From: the human T2T-CHM13v2.0 reference genome, Homo sapiens
Assembly (NCBI RefSeq): GCF_009914755.1
Contig: NC_060930.1
DNA length: 64,000 nucleotides
Direction: 5' to 3' (one strand)
Shown: piece after piece, positions 57,748 through 64,000 of the stretch
Layout of the letters: each line of letters opens with the position of its first letter
How positions within the stretch are numbered: the stretch's first letter is position 1
Position numbers and translations under genes: made by a program
The notes under the pieces: generated by a model
The model's input: only the letters and a program-made list of their open reading frames with translations
The model's database searches: none
Told to the model about the DNA's origin: nothing

Positions 57748-58332
57748 TAGTTTATATAAGTAATGTAATCAATTTACACTTTGGAGGAAATATAAGTTCA
57801 AATGCTAGTGGACTTCTCATTTCATGTTGGGGCAGGGATAAGTGTTGGGTGTCAGGGAGTGAGAGGAAACCACATGTTTCACAATTTCAAAAAGCAAGCC
57901 ATTGACTTGCCATGATGTTTAGATTGAGGAACTGCTTTGATATGTTGATCTGTATAAACAGTATAAACAAAATTCAGAGGCAAATTATAAAATAGAAACA
58001 TTATTTTCAAATATTATATATAAATATATATTTATATATTATACATATATGTATATGTAATTTGAATTAATGATTAATACATATTTATCATTAATATAAT
58101 AATCAAAATATCAGTAATTATAGTAGAAACAACTTATAAATCAATATAAAACACTAATATATAGAAAAATAGGCAAAAGGTATCAACAGGTGATTCCCAA
58201 AGAAGATAAACAAATTTCTACTCTAACATAAAAATATATTTAACCTCATACATATATCAAAGTGCATTTAGAAAAATTAGTGACATTTATGGCAAAACAA
58301 CAATAAAATATCATTTTAAAAAGAGTTACAAA

Positions 58333-58640
<308 letters not shown>

Positions 58641-58884
58641 TTACAAAACTAAATGCTGGTAAATGTATGGTGAGATAAGCACTCTCATACACAACTAATA
58701 GAAATATCAATTAATGTGAGGTAGCCTGTAAAAAAATTCCACTTTTTCTTCCTGTTAAATAATCCGACCAGTTGTATAAAGAGGTTTAATATTTGGATCG
58801 AATAATTCCAACTTCTGGGAATTTATCCTTAAGTTATTATCAGAGATGCCACCAGGAATTTATTGACAAGGATTTCTACCAAAG

Positions 58885-59329
58885 TTTTTTTTTTTTTTTA
58901 GTTATTATTATACTTTAAGTTTTAGGGTACATGTGCACAACCTGCAGGTTTGTTACATATGTATACATGTGCCATGTTGGTGTGCTGTACCCTTTAACTT
59001 ATCATTTACATTAGGTATATCTCCTAATGCTATCCCTCCCCCTTGCCCCCACCCCACAACAGTCCCCGGTGTGTGATATTCCCCTTCCTGTGTCCATGTG
59101 TTCTCATTGTTTAATTCCCACCTATGAGTGAGAACATGCAGTGTTTGGTTTTTTGTCCTTGCGATAGTTTGCTGAGAATGATGGTTTCCAGCTTCATCCA
59201 TGTCCCTACAAAGGACATGAACTCATCATTTTTTATGGCTGCATAGTATTCCATGGTGTATATGTGCCACATTTTCTTAATCCAGTCTATCATTGTTGGA
59301 CATTTGGGTTGGTTCCAAGTCTTTGCTAT
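58885..59329 (-). mobile_element. 5'-truncated L1PA 3' end (about 440 bp)
   Basis: Antisense L1PA 3'UTR and ORF2 C-terminus (WNQPKCPTMIDWIKKMW). Confidence 0.93.
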
Positions 59330-60300
59330 ATTATTGGATTCCAAATTCCACAACATTGGAAACAACTTAGATGACCCATAATGAGGGAGTTATCAAATAA
59401 GTTATGGTTTATTCACGTTATAGGAAATTACACAGAAGATAAGAATTAGATATAAAACTATGTCTTGTGCATAATACTAATCTTGTGACTATAGTATATA
59501 AGTAATTCAGAAGGACAAAATGTGAAAAAATACATCAAACTACTCAGCAGTTATTTTGGGTGGTGAAATTGTGTATGATTTATTTTCTTTATACTTATTT
59601 TTTCCCAAATAGTCTATAGTGACAATGTACTCCTTTTGCATTAAAATTTGTTTTTAAAAAGTAAGGTATGATGCCATTTAACATGAAGGTGTCATATTTT
59701 GATGAGACAAAAAGCCAGATGGAAGAATAAAAGGAATGATCAAGAACGTTGATAACTGAAACCTTAGTCTCCATTGATAGGTGTTTTGTAGTATAAAGTG
59801 TTCGCTGTAATTTCCAGCAAGGCAAGGGACTGCAGATGACGCAGCAGTCTCACCATCAGGCTCAAGCCAAGGTTAGTACATCTTGGATTACCCTAAGCTG
59901 GTCATCTTGGATTACCCCGTACAGAGTTGTAAGGCTGTTGTCTTTTTCTCCTGTCCTTCTCCCCTTTGCTTTGCTTTGCTTCTTTAGTCATCTTACCCGA
60001 AGGCCTATCTTCTCCATGAAATGTATTTCCACCTGTACCCACTGCAACTTCTATGCCCCTAGAAAACTACAATATGTATTGTCTAGACCTTTCCTTTAGC
60101 ACTGAAATATATTGTCCTATTTTGGAAGTTAATTGAGATTTTGATGCTTCAACTAGATTTTTAAACTCCACTAAGGGTTGGATAATATTTAAAATTCTTT
60201 TGTAGCCCTATATAGTCATGCAGTAAATATCTGTTGTGCACATAGTATGGGTTAGACAACTGTTTGAAGTGCTAGAGATTACATAGGTGAAAATTTTTTA

Positions 60301-60599
<299 letters not shown>

Positions 60600-60731
60600 T
60601 CTCTGTCCTTAAGGGCTTAAAATCTAGTGGCAAAGCCTGGTACTTGGGGCCATGTCATGTGATGCAAATACACAATAAGTCATAACAATGATGGTGCCAC
60701 TAATGAAGACAGAAACAATGACAAAGAACAC

Positions 60732-61352
60732 TGTATTAGTTTTCTATTGCTGCCATGACAAATTACCATAAATTTCAAGGCTTAAAACAACATCCATTTA
60801 TTATCTCACAGTTTCTGCAGATCAGAAGTCCAGATACAGCGTGGCTTAATTGTTTCTTCTGCTTAGGGTCTCTCAATGATAAAATCAAGGTGTTTCAGGG
60901 ATGCGTTCTTTACTGGAGGCTCTGCGAAGAACCTGTCTCCAAGATCATTCAGGTTGTTAGCAGGATTATGGTCCTTACAGCTGTAGGACTGAGGTCTTTG
61001 CTTTTTTATGGATGTCAGTGGAGAGGCCTTTACTTCCTAAAATTCTCCCCTTGATCCTCACACTAGAACCCTACATCTCAACACCAGCAATAGTGCATTG
61101 AGTCCTTCTCATGCTTGGAATCTCTCTGATTTTCCCTTTTGCAGCATCTCTCTTCCCTCTAGCTGGATGAAATGCTCTGCTTTTAAAGATGCATGGGATT
61201 AGATTGGGCCCACTTGGACGATTCAAAATAATCTCCTCATCTTAAGGTCCATAACCCTAGTCACATCTACAAAGTCTCTTTTGCCATGTAGCATTCACAG
61301 GAGTCAGAGATTAAGGTGTGGACATCTTCAGGGGGGCTATTCTGCCAACTAA
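60732..61352 (-). mobile_element. MLT1 (MLT1E-like) MaLR solo LTR
   Basis: tgtattagttttctattgctgccatgacaaattacca...gattagattgggcccac...ggacatcttcaggggggctattctgcc. Confidence 0.85.
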
Positions 61353-62900
61353 AAACAGTAATAACAAAGAATAACTAAATGGAATACTGCTAACCAAAAT
61401 TATGGATTCAAGAAATTTAATTAGAGTCCGTGAAGTCCCATGTCTTTTCTTATGATGAGAAATATTTCTACAATAGGCCTGATTTCCTGATGACTAAATC
61501 TGGAACATATTGACAATCTTTTGCTTGTCAATGTTTTTAATTAGCAGAAACCAATTTTAGCCATAGTTGAGTTTTCTCCTAATTACTCATTTCATTTTTG
61601 TAGGATCAACTAATTTATTCTCATCTTTGTCCTAACATCAGCCAGACACTGAAGAACCAAGGAACAAGAAATGTTTGTTTTGAGGGAGCAGGGGAAAAAA
61701 AAGAAGAGCCGTGCATTACCTCATAACACCCAAAATTATGTAACTTCTCCACAGGATAAGATCCGATCCTACAGTAAATAGAAAGGGTACCTAGGAGGTG
61801 GGAGCATTAGAAAGAAAGCTGTCTGGCCTCTTTGGGGATGGAAAGAACAGACTGGTTAAGGACTAATCCTGTGGCACCACAAAAAGACTTTCAAGAGATT
61901 GGGGGGGTGGGGGGACAATGCCAAATTCATATGACAGACATCTCTTTTAATGCTTGTACAGTGCCACTTATTCATCTGAAGAAGCAAAAGGAAATGCTTT
62001 CAACCCAGATCCCAGACACAGAGAGGAGCCCAGGTTTAAAAGCTCCTCCCTGCCAAGGACAGAGTGCCACTCAACTCCATCTTTGCCCATAAGGTAAATC
62101 AATTGCCCAGGCCCTTTGATGACATCACAACTTGAAAGACAAAAAAAAAAATAAAATTGTGAGAGTTTTTTTCATGGTATGAAATGTATCCAAAGCTCAT
62201 TTTTATTGCGATGTCCAAACATCAGTGCTAGTTGGGAAGAAAAATAACTAAAGAAGAAAAATTTTTAATGAAATTGATACTGGATTTTTGGGACAACCAA
62301 ATTAGAAAATGCAGGCAAAGTGCTTTGTAAATTGTGGGGGGAAAATTTTTAAAGGTGATTGCTATTACTATTCTCAATTCCAACTCCTTTCTCTCACCAT
62401 TGAGATAACTGAACCCAATCAACCCCAGAACAGCTTGACTTCCTCAAGGTCATGCCATTCCCTTGCTCAAATAACCTTCAAGGGCTCTCCACTGCCCACC
62501 AGAAAAACTTTTACCTCTTAGATTTTCCATTCAAGGCTTTCTTATCTTGATACATTTACCTTTCAAATCAAATCACCAGTGAATTACTGAACGGCTACTA
62601 AGGTCAAGATACTATTAGGCTGCTGTGGGCATAGGCAGAGTCACAAAATATGTTCTATTTCTTAAAGTACTTCACAATCCCACTGTTTCCCATATGAACA
62701 ATAACTATATAGTTAAACTCATCTGCTTACTCTACCCCAAACTTACTCTCAACTTTTATACCTTGACGTCTTTATTTATGCCTTTTCCCTCACCTAAAAT
62801 GCTCTCCATCAAAACTACCTCTTTCTTGCAAAATCTCACACATCCTCCTAGGCCCTACTCAAGTGATATCTCTCCTAAGTCTTCCTCCACACTAAGAGGC

Positions 62901-63116
62901 TAGTGGTTCTCAATCAGAGATTTTCCTCCCCAGGGAACATTTGACAATGTCTGGAAACACTTTTGGTTGTCACAAAGGGGTTGAGGGTACTACTGGCATG
63001 TATGAGTAAAAGCCAGAGATTCCACTAAACATTTTACCATGCATAGGACAGCCCCCCACCCCAACAACAAAGATTTATCCAGCCCAAAATGCCAATAATG
63101 CTGAGATTGAGAAAGA
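62901..63116 (+). mobile_element. MER20 hAT-Charlie MITE
   Basis: agtggttctcaa...cagggaacatttgacaatgtctgga...ttggttgtcacaa...ttatccagcccaaaatgccaataatgctgagattgagaaa. Confidence 0.88.
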
Positions 63117-63199
63117 AGCAGTATCTCCTCTCAACTCCTAGAACACCAAATATTTAAACAATCTTTTGGCATCTAGCATATATTGCAAGATATATTTAT

Positions 63200-63295
63200 T
63201 TGTCACATTTAGCAAATAAATATACAGGATGTTCAGTTAAGTTGGAATCTCAGATAAAGAACAAATAAGTTTTCAATAAAAGTGTGTTTCATTTA
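63200..63295. mobile_element. Half MER53-like element
   Basis: atttagcaaataaatatacaggatgttcagttaagttggaatctcagataaa. Confidence 0.55.
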
Positions 63296-63337
63296 ATATT
63301 TTTAATATTTCACATACACTCATACAAAAAAAGTATT

Positions 63338-63640
<303 letters not shown>

Positions 63641-64000
63641 AAAAATATTCTTTCTTTATCCAATATTTTCTTTGTTACTTTTTCTTATTTGCATGTATTA
63701 TTTTCCTAAATGATATGGAAGTTTGTAAAAGAGAGGAAAAATTTTATGCTGTTCAGCCTTCTTTCAGCATTTAATTCATACCTATGGAAAGCACTGAAAA
63801 AACCTTTATCAATAACAATGATAAAATATTTTTTATATCCTTTACTATCTATGAGCACTGCAGGCTTACAGTTATCACTGACATATTTTACGAGTTTCAA
63901 CATCCTCATGACTCCCTCATCCTTATGTTGAGTCTTCAAGCCCCATGCTATCATGAAGACAGCAAGTACCAGTGGAAATAAAAAAATGCCAGACCCTAAA

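Overview
Primate genomic DNA, most likely human; the full-length SVA restricts it to hominids. It lies entirely within FILIP1 (filamin A interacting protein 1), which is transcribed from the minus strand. The only protein-coding sequence is the first coding exon (21483-21764, ATG at 21758, 92 codons); lower coordinates are the downstream intron and higher coordinates the large upstream intron. The rest is mostly transposon-derived: Alus, 5'-truncated L1PA/L1PB copies with target-site duplications (TSDs), a full-length SVA, a near-full-length Hsmar1 mariner plus a solo Hsmar1 terminal inverted repeat (TIR), solo LTRs (LTR33, LTR10, LTR8-like, THE1/MST, MLT1), hAT MITEs, and L2/MIR/L1M relics. 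It also holds a decayed U3 snoRNA retrocopy and the MER5A-derived MIR4463 locus. I found no credible new biological system. The most interesting observations are an L1 3' transduction, a 61-bp inverted duplication, symmetric 5-bp loss from both Hsmar1 ends, three ATG|GT donors that could extend the FILIP1 N-terminus, direct L1 repeats flanking the start-codon exon, and plus-strand splice/polyA signals suggesting an antisense transcript. Family and gene names come from recalled consensus sequences, not database searches.
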